Shown: one piece after another, positions 19,600-29,379 of the stretch
How the letters are laid out: every line of letters begins with the position of its first letter
How positions within the stretch are numbered: position 1 is the stretch's first letter
From: an uncultured Spirochaetia bacterium
GTDB lineage: Bacteria > Oederibacteriota > PGYV01 > Palsa-1178
Assembly: GCA_964443355.1 (NCBI GenBank)
Contig: CAYUDX010000005.1
Location: 31,468-95,467 of the forward strand
Direction of reading: 5' to 3'
DNA length: 64,000 bases
The notes under the pieces: model-generated
Database searches by the model: none
Seen by the model: the letters and a program-made list of their open reading frames with translations, nothing else
What the model was told of the DNA's origin: nothing
Position numbers and translations under genes: made by a program

Positions 19600-20370
19600 T
19601 AACGGGGCCGCCTTTGACACAAAAAACAGGGGACAGCGAGCAGAAAAACATCCGTGTTCATACCTGCACTGTAGGGGCGGACTTATATGTCCGCCCGCTG
19701 CCGGGTTTAATTATAATACCTTGGTTCGGTCCGACACACAGGTCGGCCCCTACAGGGAAGGAACAATGACAGGCATGACTTTTTTTCGGGCAATCGTTGA
19801 TAATACATTTGTGCGTCAATTAAGCTGCGTGAAGCTTCATTACACTTTTGCTGTGTCATCCGGCAACGACCAAAGCTACCCGATTGTCCGTAAAAAAGTT
19901 TTGCCTGCCATGCTTTTAGCAAAACCAGGCAAGAGCGGGCCGCCACACTCCTTCGCTGAAGCTTCGGCGTGCATGGCATCGGGCGGCCCCTACAGGGGCA
20001 AAAACAATGTCAGAACAGAACATGGCCGGGCCGACACTCAGGTCGGCCCCTACAACAACATTACCGAAAAATTCTTTCCTGCCTGCAGCAACATTGCGCA
20101 GGGCGGGTGGAATTTTTTTTGGGGTGGCGGCCAACATAAAGGACCATGTGAATTACGCATCGTGAAGCATATATAAACAGGATTTTTCTTCGGATCTGCA
20201 TCCAGCAAAAATCGGACGACGCGCCGGAAAAAATCCCGCCTGCCCTGCGAAACCAGGCAAAAGCGGGCCGCCACACTCCTTCGTTGAAGCTTCGGCGTGC
20301 ATGGCATCGGGCGGCCCCTACAAGAACATAACTGAAAAATAAAATCCTGTTTACAACCATCAATTAAATT
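19600..20370. repeat. 770-bp non-coding region: degenerate tandem duplication (about 300-330 bp unit) of GC-rich palindromic repeats (copy 2 of the dispersed family)
   Basis: CAGGCAAGAGCGGGCCGCCACACTCCTTCG(C/T)TGAAGCTTCGGCGTGCATGGCATCGGGCGGCCCCTACA occurs at 19928-19998 and 20258-20328. CCGACAC(A/T)CAGGTCGGCCCCTACA occurs at about 19731 and about 20032. Block 20157-20245 matches 11842-11930. All listed ORFs in this span look like repeat-driven artefacts. Confidence 0.55.
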
Positions 20371-20373
20371 ATT

Positions 20374-21150
20374 TCACGCGAACCTTGCCGCTATGGCGGC
20401 CGTGGCAAGGGCGAACATTACGCAGATGACCATGATGTCGTATGCGTTCATCGAGTATTTGCCCTCCAGGTTTATCCTGTTGTCCGGGGAAAACCCCTTT
20501 GACTCGAGGGCAAGCGTGAGTATTTCCGCTTTCTTGACGCCGTTTATGATGAGCGGTATCATGAGCGGGGCGTATGACCTTATCCTGGCGATTATCCCGC
20601 CCTTTTCCGGGTCGTTCCCCCTCACCTTCTGCGCCTCGACAATCGACGAACCCGTCGAGGCGAATACCGAAACGAGCCTGAAAGAAAGCGAAAGTGTGAA
20701 GGCCACCCTGTATGGCACCCCGAAAAGCACCAGCGAGTCCGAAAGGTCCTCGAGAGAGGCTATCGACAGGTATAAAAGGCCTGAAAGCAGCATGTTTATG
20801 AACCTTGCGGCTGACAGGAACGCGAAATAAAAACAACCCTTATATATCACCACCGGCCCGGCGGAGAATAATTTCACCTTGCCCTCGTAAAAAAATATCC
20901 ACAGCGCGAAAGTCATAAAAGCGATAACGAGGAAAAGCGGGGCCATGCGCCTAAGCGGCTCCATGCTGCGCGAGGCAAAAAAAAGGGCCAGCAACGCCGC
21001 CGCGAGTATCAGGTGCAGGTATATGAACTGCGTGGACGCGGCTATGGCGAACAAAAGGATGAGCGAAATTATCTTGGCCCTGGGATCGAGCCTGTGAAGG
21101 AAAGTGTCCTGCTTCATGTAAAAAAAGAGGCTCATTTTTTCCTCCAGCAT
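20374..21150 (-). CDS. ecfT: ECF transporter transmembrane T component
   Basis: 258-aa polytopic membrane protein of the CbiQ/EcfT family (…ARFINMLLSGLLYLSIASLEDL…). Lies downstream of the ECF ATPase. Confidence 0.85.
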   Translation of the reverse strand: MLEEKMSLFFYMKQDTFLHRLDPRAKIISLILLFAIAASTQFIYLHLILAAALLALFFASRSMEPLRRMAPLFLVIAFMTFALWIFFYEGKVKLFSAGPVVIYKGCFYFAFLSAARFINMLLSGLLYLSIASLEDLSDSLVLFGVPYRVAFTLSLSFRLVSVFASTGSSIVEAQKVRGNDPEKGGIIARIRSYAPLMIPLIINGVKKAEILTLALESKGFSPDNRINLEGKYSMNAYDIMVICVMFALATAAIAARFA

Positions 21151-22775
21151 GCGGAGAATTCACGGCTGTTGAGCGTCAGGTTCCCGTTGAGCATGATGGA
21201 CGCGTCCATTATCCCGGTCCTTTTTACGTTCGCCCTTTCGAGGGCTGCGCTGTCACGGAAAAATTCCCTCTTGCCGCCCAGGAAAACTATTTTCCCGCCG
21301 GCAAGCGCGAGTATCCTTTCGCCGAAAAGTGCCGCCGCTTCCATTGAGTGGGTTATGGTGATAACGGTCCTGCCCTTGCGGTTCAGCTCCAGTATGATGT
21401 CCATCAGCGCCATGTAGGAAGGATGGTCCAACCCGGTGGTCGGCTCATCCAGGATTATAACCTGCGGCTCCCCGACCAGCACAGAGGCGCACGCCACTTT
21501 TTCCCTGTCGCCTTTCGGCAGCGAGAAAGGGTCCGCCCCGGAATTTTTGGAAAGGCCGAACGTTTCCATGATGGCTTCCACTTTTGATTTTACGGAAGTC
21601 TCCGCGGCTCCCCTGACGCGCAGCGCGAAGGCTATCTCGTCAAAGACCGTCTCTGCGAATATCTGGTTGTCCGGATTCTGATAGACATAACCAACCTGCC
21701 CGAGGACCCCCTGCTTTTTAATCGAAGCCCCGGCGTAAAGTATCTCGCCTCGCTGAAAATCCGTGTAAATGCCGCCTATTATTTTCATGAGCGTCGTCTT
21801 GCCCGAGCCGTTTGCGCCCACGACCGCCAGGAATTCCCCTTTTTTCACATCAAACGTCACTCCCGACAAAACATCGTCCCCGGAGCCCGGATATGAAAAA
21901 GAAAGGTCCCTTACCTGTATCACGGCCGGGGCCGTTTCTATCTTATCCGCGCTCATTGCGGAGTATTTTCCCGGGTCGAACTCAAATTTTTTTCCTATGG
22001 CGGCGCATGCCCCTTTAAGGTCCGGGAAAAAACCGCCCGCCGCCCTGAAGACTTCCGGCGCTCCTATCCCCGCCGCCCCGAGCGTTTTTATGTCTCCCGC
22101 GGCTTCCTTTCCAGCGTCCGCGGTTATGAGCCCGTCTTTCATTATTATCACCCTGTCAAAATAGCCGTAATAATCCAAGGACTGCTCGAATACAATAAGT
22201 GTCCCCCTGAAATTCCTTACCATTTCAAGCATCATTTCCTGGGAATGCGGGTCCAGGTCGGTTATTGGTTCGTCAAGTATCAGCACTTCCGGCCCGGCCG
22301 TAAGCAGGGACAATATGGCAGTCTTTTGTTTTTCCCCGCCTGAAAGCCCGCTTATGTTGCGGTCAAGGAAATCCTGCATGCCGAACTGCTCGGCAAGGTT
22401 CCCGGCGCGGCCGAGCGATTCCCTGTAGGATTTTCCCAGGTTCATAGGGTAAAATATCAGCTCTTCCTTCACGGACGTGGAGACTATCTGCCCCTCGAAA
22501 TCCTGGAACAAAAGGGCTATGCGCCCCCTTAAGTCGCCGTAATTGCATTCCGCCGCAGGCTTTCCTTCATAAAAGCAGCCGCCTTCAATTACACCGTGCT
22601 TCTCTATCAACGGGATAAGGCCGCTCAGGATCTTTGAAAGTGTGGTTTTTCCGGCGCCGTTCTTTCCGGCTATGAGTATTTTTTCCCCGGGTCTTATGGA
22701 AAGGTCCATGCCGTTTATCACATAAGGCATGGGTGCGGAATATTTATATTTAAGGTTTTTGACTTCAATTATCAT
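21132..22775 (-). CDS. ecfA: ECF transporter ATPase, fused EcfA-EcfA' (two ABC domains)
   Basis: 547 aa with two Walker A motifs (GKNGAGKTTL, GANGSGKTTL), two LSGGEKQK/LPKGDREK signatures and two Walker B motifs (ILDEPT). Confidence 0.9.
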   Translation of the reverse strand: MIIEVKNLKYKYSAPMPYVINGMDLSIRPGEKILIAGKNGAGKTTLSKILSGLIPLIEKHGVIEGGCFYEGKPAAECNYGDLRGRIALLFQDFEGQIVSTSVKEELIFYPMNLGKSYRESLGRAGNLAEQFGMQDFLDRNISGLSGGEKQKTAILSLLTAGPEVLILDEPITDLDPHSQEMMLEMVRNFRGTLIVFEQSLDYYGYFDRVIIMKDGLITADAGKEAAGDIKTLGAAGIGAPEVFRAAGGFFPDLKGACAAIGKKFEFDPGKYSAMSADKIETAPAVIQVRDLSFSYPGSGDDVLSGVTFDVKKGEFLAVVGANGSGKTTLMKIIGGIYTDFQRGEILYAGASIKKQGVLGQVGYVYQNPDNQIFAETVFDEIAFALRVRGAAETSVKSKVEAIMETFGLSKNSGADPFSLPKGDREKVACASVLVGEPQVIILDEPTTGLDHPSYMALMDIILELNRKGRTVITITHSMEAAALFGERILALAGGKIVFLGGKREFFRDSAALERANVKRTGIMDASIMLNGNLTLNSREFSACWRKK

Positions 22776-22783
22776 GATTCAAC

Positions 22784-23341
22784 CTATTTTTTTTCGTACA
22801 TCAGCCCTGTTTTTTCCAGCCTTTTATACAACAGTTTCATCAATATTATCCCCAGCACTATGGACATGAGCGAGTTGTTTATGAATATTATGACCAGCAG
22901 CACCTGAAAAGGCGCGAGCTTAAAAAGCGCCGCGCCTCCGGCGACAGTGACGGCGCATGCCGCGCTTGCGGCAAGGCAGGCGAGAACAAAAACAAATATC
23001 TGCCTTAATCCCATGGTAACTTCATCTTTGACAAAGGCGTTCCAGATCAGGAACGGTATGTAGGCGTAAAGGAAATTCCCGGCAAATCCGAAGGCCGAGG
23101 CCGGTGAAAGCATGCCGAAAAAATCGGCTATGAGGTTTCCTATGGCCGAGCCCCACGCCGCGGCCGGCCCGAACATAATGCCGAATATGACGGGAAATAC
23201 CGATGCCGGCCTGAGCTCGGTTAGCCCCGGCACTATCTGTATGGCCTTGAAAGGTATGAGCGCCCCCGCGTATATCGCGGCGGTTATCGCTATGAGCACT
23301 ATCTGCCTGGTCCTGCCCCATACTGAAAAAATTTCCTTCAC
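22784..23341 (-). CDS. ECF transporter substrate-specific S component (QueT-like)
   Basis: 185-aa six-TM protein immediately upstream of ecfA/ecfT. AIYAGALIPFKAIQIVPGLTELRPASVFP resembles QueT-family S components by recall. Substrate was not established. Confidence 0.55.
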   Translation of the reverse strand: MKEIFSVWGRTRQIVLIAITAAIYAGALIPFKAIQIVPGLTELRPASVFPVIFGIMFGPAAAWGSAIGNLIADFFGMLSPASAFGFAGNFLYAYIPFLIWNAFVKDEVTMGLRQIFVFVLACLAASAACAVTVAGGAALFKLAPFQVLLVIIFINNSLMSIVLGIILMKLLYKRLEKTGLMYEKK

Positions 23342-23360
23342 GGCCCCTCCGTTGTCCTGC

Positions 23361-24380
23361 TTATTGTTTTGTTATGTATCCCTTTACCTTTACCTTTGCG
23401 AAAAGCTCCTCGTTGAGCTTCTGCGCTTCCTGTTTTGTGGCTAATTTCCCTACGGACAGCTTGAAGAACCTGCCCTCTTTTTTTACGCTTGTGTCGAAGT
23501 TCTTATCCTTAAGCTTTTTCTCCCAGAGGTCGCAGAACTTCCTGTTGGTGTAGGCGCCCACCTGCACGCTGTATGTTTCCCCCGCGGCAAATTTTTGGGC
23601 CGGCGCGGTTGCAACGGCTGTTTCCGTCGATCCGGTCGCCTCAATGGATTTTGGGAACTTGTTTTTAAGGTCGGAGAAAGCTTCCTCCGCCCCTTTTGTG
23701 TCGCCGCTTTTGTTGAGCGAATCCCGGAGCTTGAAATATATGCCGGGCATGTAAATGTTCCTGTCTTTGCCGCCGGTCCTGTCTATCAGGTCCCTGTACG
23801 CGGTTGCCGCCTCGGCGAATTTGCCCCTGGCGTAAAGGGAGTCGGCCGCGGCCGCTTTGACCCTGTTCCTGAAAGCGGAATAGCCCTTTTTTCCATAAGC
23901 GTCCAGCGTCCTGTCAAAGGCGTCGTTGTCGCCGGACTGGAACATGCACAGCAGAAGATAGTAATATGATTCCTCGGCCCACATTGTATCCTGGAACTTT
24001 TCCGTCACCGCGGCGAAATATGGCCTTGATTTCGCATAGTCGCCGGCGGCATAATACATCATGCCGAGATCGTAGGAAGCCTCGGCTTCGGAACCCGTCC
24101 CTGCGTAATCCGCCATTACTGTGTGATATATCTTGTCCGCATCTTCGATGGATGCGGCAAGCGCCGCCTGCTTCAGCAGGACCTGCGGCCTGTACTTTGA
24201 CTGGGGAAATTTATCCAGGAATTCGGCGTAACTTTTTCCGGCCGCGTCCAGCTCCTGTTTGTCGAGAGAGGAATTTGCGTCGTTATATGTCTCTTCCTCC
24301 GACATGTTCGCGTGGAACGAGGCGTATGAAAAAGAAAAGACAAACACCGCGGATAATGCCATTACCAGATGCTTTTTCAC
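23361..24380 (-). CDS. Periplasmic TPR-repeat protein with C-terminal SPOR (peptidoglycan-binding) domain
   Basis: Signal peptide. Several TPR-like repeats (YbgF/CpoB-like). C-terminal YSVQVGAYTNRKFCDLWEKKLKD...GRFFKLSVGKLATKQEAQKL matches the SPOR fold motif. Confidence 0.7.
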   Translation of the reverse strand: MKKHLVMALSAVFVFSFSYASFHANMSEEETYNDANSSLDKQELDAAGKSYAEFLDKFPQSKYRPQVLLKQAALAASIEDADKIYHTVMADYAGTGSEAEASYDLGMMYYAAGDYAKSRPYFAAVTEKFQDTMWAEESYYYLLLCMFQSGDNDAFDRTLDAYGKKGYSAFRNRVKAAAADSLYARGKFAEAATAYRDLIDRTGGKDRNIYMPGIYFKLRDSLNKSGDTKGAEEAFSDLKNKFPKSIEATGSTETAVATAPAQKFAAGETYSVQVGAYTNRKFCDLWEKKLKDKNFDTSVKKEGRFFKLSVGKLATKQEAQKLNEELFAKVKVKGYITKQ

Positions 24381-25651
24381 AACGGGTCCTCTCCAATAAG
24401 TATCGCGCCCTTTGCGCCTGTTATTTTCACCATTTTTACCGTACCCGTGAGCTCTTCCCCGCCGGGCGCTATGACTTTCCTGTTGGAAGGCGCCGTGCCT
24501 TCCATCATTGAGCCCTCCCTGACGGCCGGGCCGTAAAAGAGCACTTCCTGCTCGCTTCCGATGAGCAGTTTTGTATTATCTTCCCCTATTTTTTTCTCCA
24601 ATTCAAGCACATAATTCAGCCGCCTCAGCTTTTCTTTTTCCTCAACATCGTCGCCCAATTGTTCGGCTTTTGTCCCTTTTCTCACCGAATATTTGAAAAT
24701 ATACGCCCCTTCGAAACGGCACGCTTCGGCCATTTTCACGGTCTCCATGAAATCTTCATCCGTCTCGCCCGGGAACCCCACCAGGATATCGGTGGTAACT
24801 GATACCCCCGGCATTGCCTCCCTTATCTTTTCCACACGGCTTTTATACCACTGCGCCGTGTAATTCCTGTTCATTATTTTAAGTATCCTGTCGGAACCCG
24901 ACTGCAGGGGAAGGTGGATGTGATTGCAGACCTTGTCGACGCCCGCAATGGCGCTTATGAGATTGTCGGTGAGGTCTTTCGGATGGCTTGTCATGAACCT
25001 GATGCGCCTGATGCCGTCAACATCTGCGGATTTTTTAAGAAGCCCTGAAAAATCCGACCCTGTTGCGGGGTCCACATAGGAATTTACGTTCTGTCCGAGA
25101 AAAAGGACCTCCTTAAAACCCTGACCGGCCATTATCTTTAATTCTTCGATAATGGATGCCGCGTCCCTACTTCTTTCCCTGCCGCGCACGTAAGGCACTA
25201 TGCAGTAGGAACAGAAATTATCGCACCCCTGCATTATGGTTATGGAGCCGCGCACCTTATCCGCCCGTTTTAAATTTCTTGTATAGCGTTCGTTCACATT
25301 TTCAACGAATAATTTTGTTTTCGGCCTTTCCAGGATTTCGGCAATGTTTGAAAAATTAAAGGTACCCACGACCGCGTAAAGCCGCGGGAATTTTTTTATA
25401 AGGCCGTCTTTCATGCGCTCGGCCATGCAGCCGGCCACTATGACCTTCTTGTTTTTCACCGCGGCGCCTATATAGCTGGTGGCCCTGTCCTCGGCGTGCG
25501 CGCGCACCGAGCATGTGTTTATAATGACGAATTCCGCGTCCTTTTCATCGGCGGCAAGTTCGTATCCCGCTGCCAGAAGCTCTCCGGCCATCCTCTCGGA
25601 GTCATAAACGTTCATCTGGCATCCGAAGGTCTTTATGAAAACCTTTCTCAT
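24377..25651 (-). CDS. miaB: Radical-SAM methylthiotransferase (tRNA-i6A37 MiaB-like)
   Basis: N-terminal MTTase domain KVFIKTFGCQMNVYDSE, radical-SAM core CDNFCSYC, C-terminal TRAM domain. RimO or MtaB cannot be excluded from sequence reading alone. Confidence 0.65.
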   Translation of the reverse strand: MRKVFIKTFGCQMNVYDSERMAGELLAAGYELAADEKDAEFVIINTCSVRAHAEDRATSYIGAAVKNKKVIVAGCMAERMKDGLIKKFPRLYAVVGTFNFSNIAEILERPKTKLFVENVNERYTRNLKRADKVRGSITIMQGCDNFCSYCIVPYVRGRERSRDAASIIEELKIMAGQGFKEVLFLGQNVNSYVDPATGSDFSGLLKKSADVDGIRRIRFMTSHPKDLTDNLISAIAGVDKVCNHIHLPLQSGSDRILKIMNRNYTAQWYKSRVEKIREAMPGVSVTTDILVGFPGETDEDFMETVKMAEACRFEGAYIFKYSVRKGTKAEQLGDDVEEKEKLRRLNYVLELEKKIGEDNTKLLIGSEQEVLFYGPAVREGSMMEGTAPSNRKVIAPGGEELTGTVKMVKITGAKGAILIGEDPL

Positions 25652-25665
25652 CGCGCTGTTTCTCC

Positions 25666-26442
25666 TTAAGATATCGTATAATGGCCTTTTTCGCTGGTCA
25701 ATTTCACTTTTATGCCGAAGAGCCCGCCCAGGTTCTTTTCCGTAAGCACGTCGCCGATCTTTCCGGCCATGAATATCCTGCCATGTTTCAGCATTACGAC
25801 CTTTTTTATCTCCGGTATAATGTCCTGCATGGTGTGGGTGGAAATTATTATTGTCACGCCCTTCTTCGCTATCCTGGATATGGTGTCCCTGAATTTTTTC
25901 ATGGCCGCAATGTCCAGGGAATTTGTCGGCTCGTCCAGCAGAAGCGCCTTCGGGTTGTGCGCCAGCGCCCTTGCTATAAACACCCTTCGCGCCTCGCCCG
26001 AGGATATTTCGGATATCGGCCTGTCCTTCAGCCCGCCCACTTCCATGAATTCAAGGGCCGAAATCGATTTTTCCCCGACCTCATCCGAGGCCTCGGTATT
26101 ATACATGTTCATGGCGTTGTAAAACGAGGAAGCCACCACGTCAAAGGCGCTCACGTCCGGGTTTGCGAAAAGCGATATCGAATCCGAGACAATGCCGAGC
26201 TTCCCGCGCAGTGTGTGGATGTCCCATGTATCCTCGCCGAATATCCTGAATGTCTTAGGTGCCATGTTATAGGGATATATTTCCCTTGTCATGAGCCTTA
26301 TCAGGGTCGATTTTCCCGAGCCGTTCGGGCCCAGGATGGCGGTGTGCTCGCCTGCCCCTATTGACAGGTCTATCCCGTCAAGTATCCTGACGTCATTCCT
26401 CAAAACTATGATGTTTTTGAAATCTATTATCCTCCGCGTCAT
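25666..26442 (-). CDS. ABC-type ATPase without adjacent permease
   Basis: Walker A GPNGSGKSTL, signature SSGEARR, Walker B LLLDEPT. 258 aa. No membrane partner in the neighbourhood. Confidence 0.7.
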   Translation of the reverse strand: MTRRIIDFKNIIVLRNDVRILDGIDLSIGAGEHTAILGPNGSGKSTLIRLMTREIYPYNMAPKTFRIFGEDTWDIHTLRGKLGIVSDSISLFANPDVSAFDVVASSFYNAMNMYNTEASDEVGEKSISALEFMEVGGLKDRPISEISSGEARRVFIARALAHNPKALLLDEPTNSLDIAAMKKFRDTISRIAKKGVTIIISTHTMQDIIPEIKKVVMLKHGRIFMAGKIGDVLTEKNLGGLFGIKVKLTSEKGHYTIS

Positions 26443-27830
26443 GATCTTCCAGCCTTTTTCTTTTCGAGCCTGGCCATGAGTTCCACATGGTAGGTCTGCG
26501 GAAACTGGTCAAGGGTCTGCACTTCAGCAAGAAAATAATTTTCCTTCAGTTCGTTTATGTCCCTGGCAAAACTCGCCGGATTGCACGAGATGTAAATGAT
26601 GTTCTCTATCCTGCTGCGCCTTAAGGCCGCGATTATCTTCGGGTGGATGCCTTTCCTGGGCGGGTCGATGACAAGGTCGGTTATGCGCACGTCGTTCATG
26701 AACCTGTCCACCGCGTCCTCGGCCCTTCCGTTGACCACAGTGACATTGTGGTAATTGTTCCTCACCGTCATTTCGTGCAGCCGCTCAGCCGCGCCCGTGT
26801 CTATCTCGACGACGAATATTTCCTTGAACTTGTCGCGCGAAGGAAGCGTAAGCGCCCCGACACCGCCGTAAAGGTCGAGGACCTTTGCGCCCGGCTTTAT
26901 GTTGTCCTTTACGAAGGCGGCCATTGTCTCGAGGCTCGAGGCGTTGACCTGGAAAAAGGAGGACGAATTGAGGTTGAAATCTATGCCCGCGGCACGCTCG
27001 GTTATAAACGGCTGGCCGTATATGGTTTTTTCCCTGTCGCTGAAAACGTTGTTTCCCGGTTCGGTGTTGGTGTTAAGCACAGTGCCCTTGAGCCCCGGCA
27101 CATTGAGCCTTACAGCTTCGGCGGCGTAACTTATAAAGGGCTGGGCGTCGCGGCCGTTTACGACGAAAGTGACAAGGCTCTCGCCCTTCATGTTGACCCT
27201 TATGGCCACGTGCCGCAGATAGCCGCGACCGCTGGCTTCGTCATAAAAACTTATTTCCTTTTTCCTCTCGTTGAAGGCCTTTGTTATCACGGCCGCGATC
27301 TCGTTTATCTTCGGCTGGAGTATCATGCATTTGTCGACGCCGATAACCTCGTGGCTGCGCGCCTTGTAAAATCCCATTTTTACCTGGCCGTTGTCCATGG
27401 TCGCCTTATACTGCGCCCTGTTGCGGTAATACAACGGGTTGTCGAACGTTATGGGCCCTTTCACCTCGACCCCGGGCAGGCCCGCGGTCTTTTCAAGCAT
27501 GAATTTCACGAACTTGTGCTTGAACTGCACCTGGGCCGTGTACTTGATGTTCATCCAGTCGCACCCGCCGCAAAGTCCGAAATACGGGCATGCGGGCCTT
27601 GTGTACGCCGGTGATTCGTCGATGACGCGCAGTATCTTTCCCGAGGCAAAGTTCTTTTTCAGCTCGGTTATCCTGGCCCTTACGACCGAGCCGGGCACGC
27701 CGTAGGGGATGAAAACCGTAAAATTCTTGTACCTGCCCACGCTGTCCCCGCCGTAGGCCAGGTCGGTTATCTCAATATCAAGTTCGTCGCCCTTTGATAT
27801 GGGCGGTTTTTCGTAGCTTTGCTTGGACAT
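26439..27830 (-). CDS. rlmD: 23S rRNA (uracil-C5)-methyltransferase RlmD/RumA family
   Basis: TRAM domain, [4Fe-4S] Cys cluster CPYFGLCGGCDWMN, C-terminal SAM-MTase with the catalytic Cys region IIYISCNPAS. Confidence 0.8.
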   Translation of the reverse strand: MSKQSYEKPPISKGDELDIEITDLAYGGDSVGRYKNFTVFIPYGVPGSVVRARITELKKNFASGKILRVIDESPAYTRPACPYFGLCGGCDWMNIKYTAQVQFKHKFVKFMLEKTAGLPGVEVKGPITFDNPLYYRNRAQYKATMDNGQVKMGFYKARSHEVIGVDKCMILQPKINEIAAVITKAFNERKKEISFYDEASGRGYLRHVAIRVNMKGESLVTFVVNGRDAQPFISYAAEAVRLNVPGLKGTVLNTNTEPGNNVFSDREKTIYGQPFITERAAGIDFNLNSSSFFQVNASSLETMAAFVKDNIKPGAKVLDLYGGVGALTLPSRDKFKEIFVVEIDTGAAERLHEMTVRNNYHNVTVVNGRAEDAVDRFMNDVRITDLVIDPPRKGIHPKIIAALRRSRIENIIYISCNPASFARDINELKENYFLAEVQTLDQFPQTYHVELMARLEKKKAGRS

Positions 27831-27904
27831 ATTTTCTCTCCCTTGTCCGCCATAGCCTTGGCGACGGCGGTCTTATCCGCCGAAGCCTTGGCAAAGGCGG
27901 AATA

Positions 27905-27940
27905 AAATGAAAAAAGACAGGCTGATTTGCCTGTCTTAAG
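27905..27940 (-). terminator. Rho-independent terminator after the MFS transporter gene (possibly bidirectional)
   Basis: Stem AAGACAGGC/GCCTGTCTT (27915-27938) flanked by A-run and T-run on both sides. About 140 nt downstream of the MFS stop. Confidence 0.4.
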
Positions 27941-28074
27941 GTAGTTTGTTTTTTTACTATTTCATCCTTAAACTATCTTGAGGAACCTGCATTTCCCGGT
28001 CCCTTTAGCCTTTTGCGACAGGCACATGCTTATAATTTACTACCACAGAGGGGAAAAGTCAATAGGGGCTTCCG

Positions 28075-29376
28075 CTAAATGTCTACGGTTTCGGTTATCA
28101 TCCCGTTTTTGGTATAAACTTTGTCCAATATGGGCCGCAGTTCCTTAAGGTTGAATAAAAACAACAGCGTGCAAACCGCCCCGATAACCGCCCCGGAAAG
28201 CACTACTGCCGGCACTCCGGTCTTTCCAGCCAGCCACCCCTGCATCAACCCTCCGAGCGGTATTATCCCCGTGAACCCCATTATGAAAAAACTCATGACC
28301 CTTCCCCGCTTGTCGTCGTCGGTCAATACCTGCAGGAGGGTATTTACCGAGGAATTAAAAATCATGACGCCCGCGCCTGCAGCGGCGACCGAGAGCGCCG
28401 AGATCCACATCCCTTTTGAAAGGCTGAAAACAGCAAGACCGGCGCATTCGAGAAATGCGGAAACGAGCAAAACTGTTGAGAGCCCGGAGACGTTCTTCCT
28501 GGCAGCTACTATGATGGCGCCCACGAGCGCGCCGGCTCCCATTGCCGACATGAGTATGCCCATTGTCTGCGGCCCGCCCTTTAAAATATCCTTTGCAAAT
28601 ACCGGCATGAATACGGTGAATGGAGAGGCAAAAAAGAAGACCGCGCACATGATAATTATGACATCCCTTATCGGACGGAAGGAAAAGGCGTATTTGTTTC
28701 CCTCGCTTATTTCCCCTATAAAATCAATCTCCCCGATGCTTGTATTTGAATACTTCCTGTTTATCCTCATCATTGAAAGGCATACGGCGACGACGCCGTA
28801 GCACAGGGTGTTTATGAGAAAACATATCCCCTCGCCTGCGGCCGCGATTATGGCCCCGGCGATCGCCGGGCCTATAAGGCGCGAGCCGTTGAACATCGCG
28901 GAATTAAGGGCTATGGCATTGGCCAGGTCCTCTTTTTTTTCCACCACGTCAACAAAAAATGTGTGCCTCGTCGTCATGTCAATGCCGCTCACTATGCCGA
29001 GAAGAATGCTCAAGATTATAATGTGCCATATCTGTACGGTCCCGGTCAGGACAAGCAGGGTAAGAAGCCCGGCCTGGACCATGAAAAAATACTGGACAAA
29101 AATGAGTATCTTCCTTCGGTCGTTCCTCTCGCTCAACACTCCCACAAAAGGCGCCATAAAAAACGCGGGAGCCTGGGATGTGAAACCGATGAGCCCGAGC
29201 ATGAGCGCGGAATTTGTCATGCGATAGACCAGCCAGCCCATCGCCACCTGCTGTATCCACGCGCCGGTAAAAGAGACGCTCTGCCCAAGAAAATAGAGCC
29301 TGTAATTCCTGTATCCGAACGCCCTGAATATGTTCCTTATATGGTCTTTCATATGAACGCACCTGGGACTTTCCAT
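28075..29376 (-). CDS. MFS transporter
   Basis: 433 aa, about 12 predicted TM helices, MFS-type loop motifs (GVLSERNDRRKIL). Confidence 0.8.
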   Translation of the reverse strand: MESPRCVHMKDHIRNIFRAFGYRNYRLYFLGQSVSFTGAWIQQVAMGWLVYRMTNSALMLGLIGFTSQAPAFFMAPFVGVLSERNDRRKILIFVQYFFMVQAGLLTLLVLTGTVQIWHIIILSILLGIVSGIDMTTRHTFFVDVVEKKEDLANAIALNSAMFNGSRLIGPAIAGAIIAAAGEGICFLINTLCYGVVAVCLSMMRINRKYSNTSIGEIDFIGEISEGNKYAFSFRPIRDVIIIMCAVFFFASPFTVFMPVFAKDILKGGPQTMGILMSAMGAGALVGAIIVAARKNVSGLSTVLLVSAFLECAGLAVFSLSKGMWISALSVAAAGAGVMIFNSSVNTLLQVLTDDDKRGRVMSFFIMGFTGIIPLGGLMQGWLAGKTGVPAVVLSGAVIGAVCTLLFLFNLKELRPILDKVYTKNGMITETVDI

Positions 29377-29379
29377 TTT

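Noticed and set aside
19707-20363. Several overlapping ORFs (both strands) inside the 19.6-20.4 kb repeat region, including Arg/Pro/Cys-rich translations
   Set aside because: Composition is typical of translating GC-rich palindromic repeats. ORFs on opposite strands mirror each other. No RBS or homology.
19600-20370. Possible CRISPR array
   Set aside because: Repeats are long (60-90 nt), irregularly spaced and not separated by unique spacers of uniform length. No cas genes in the window.
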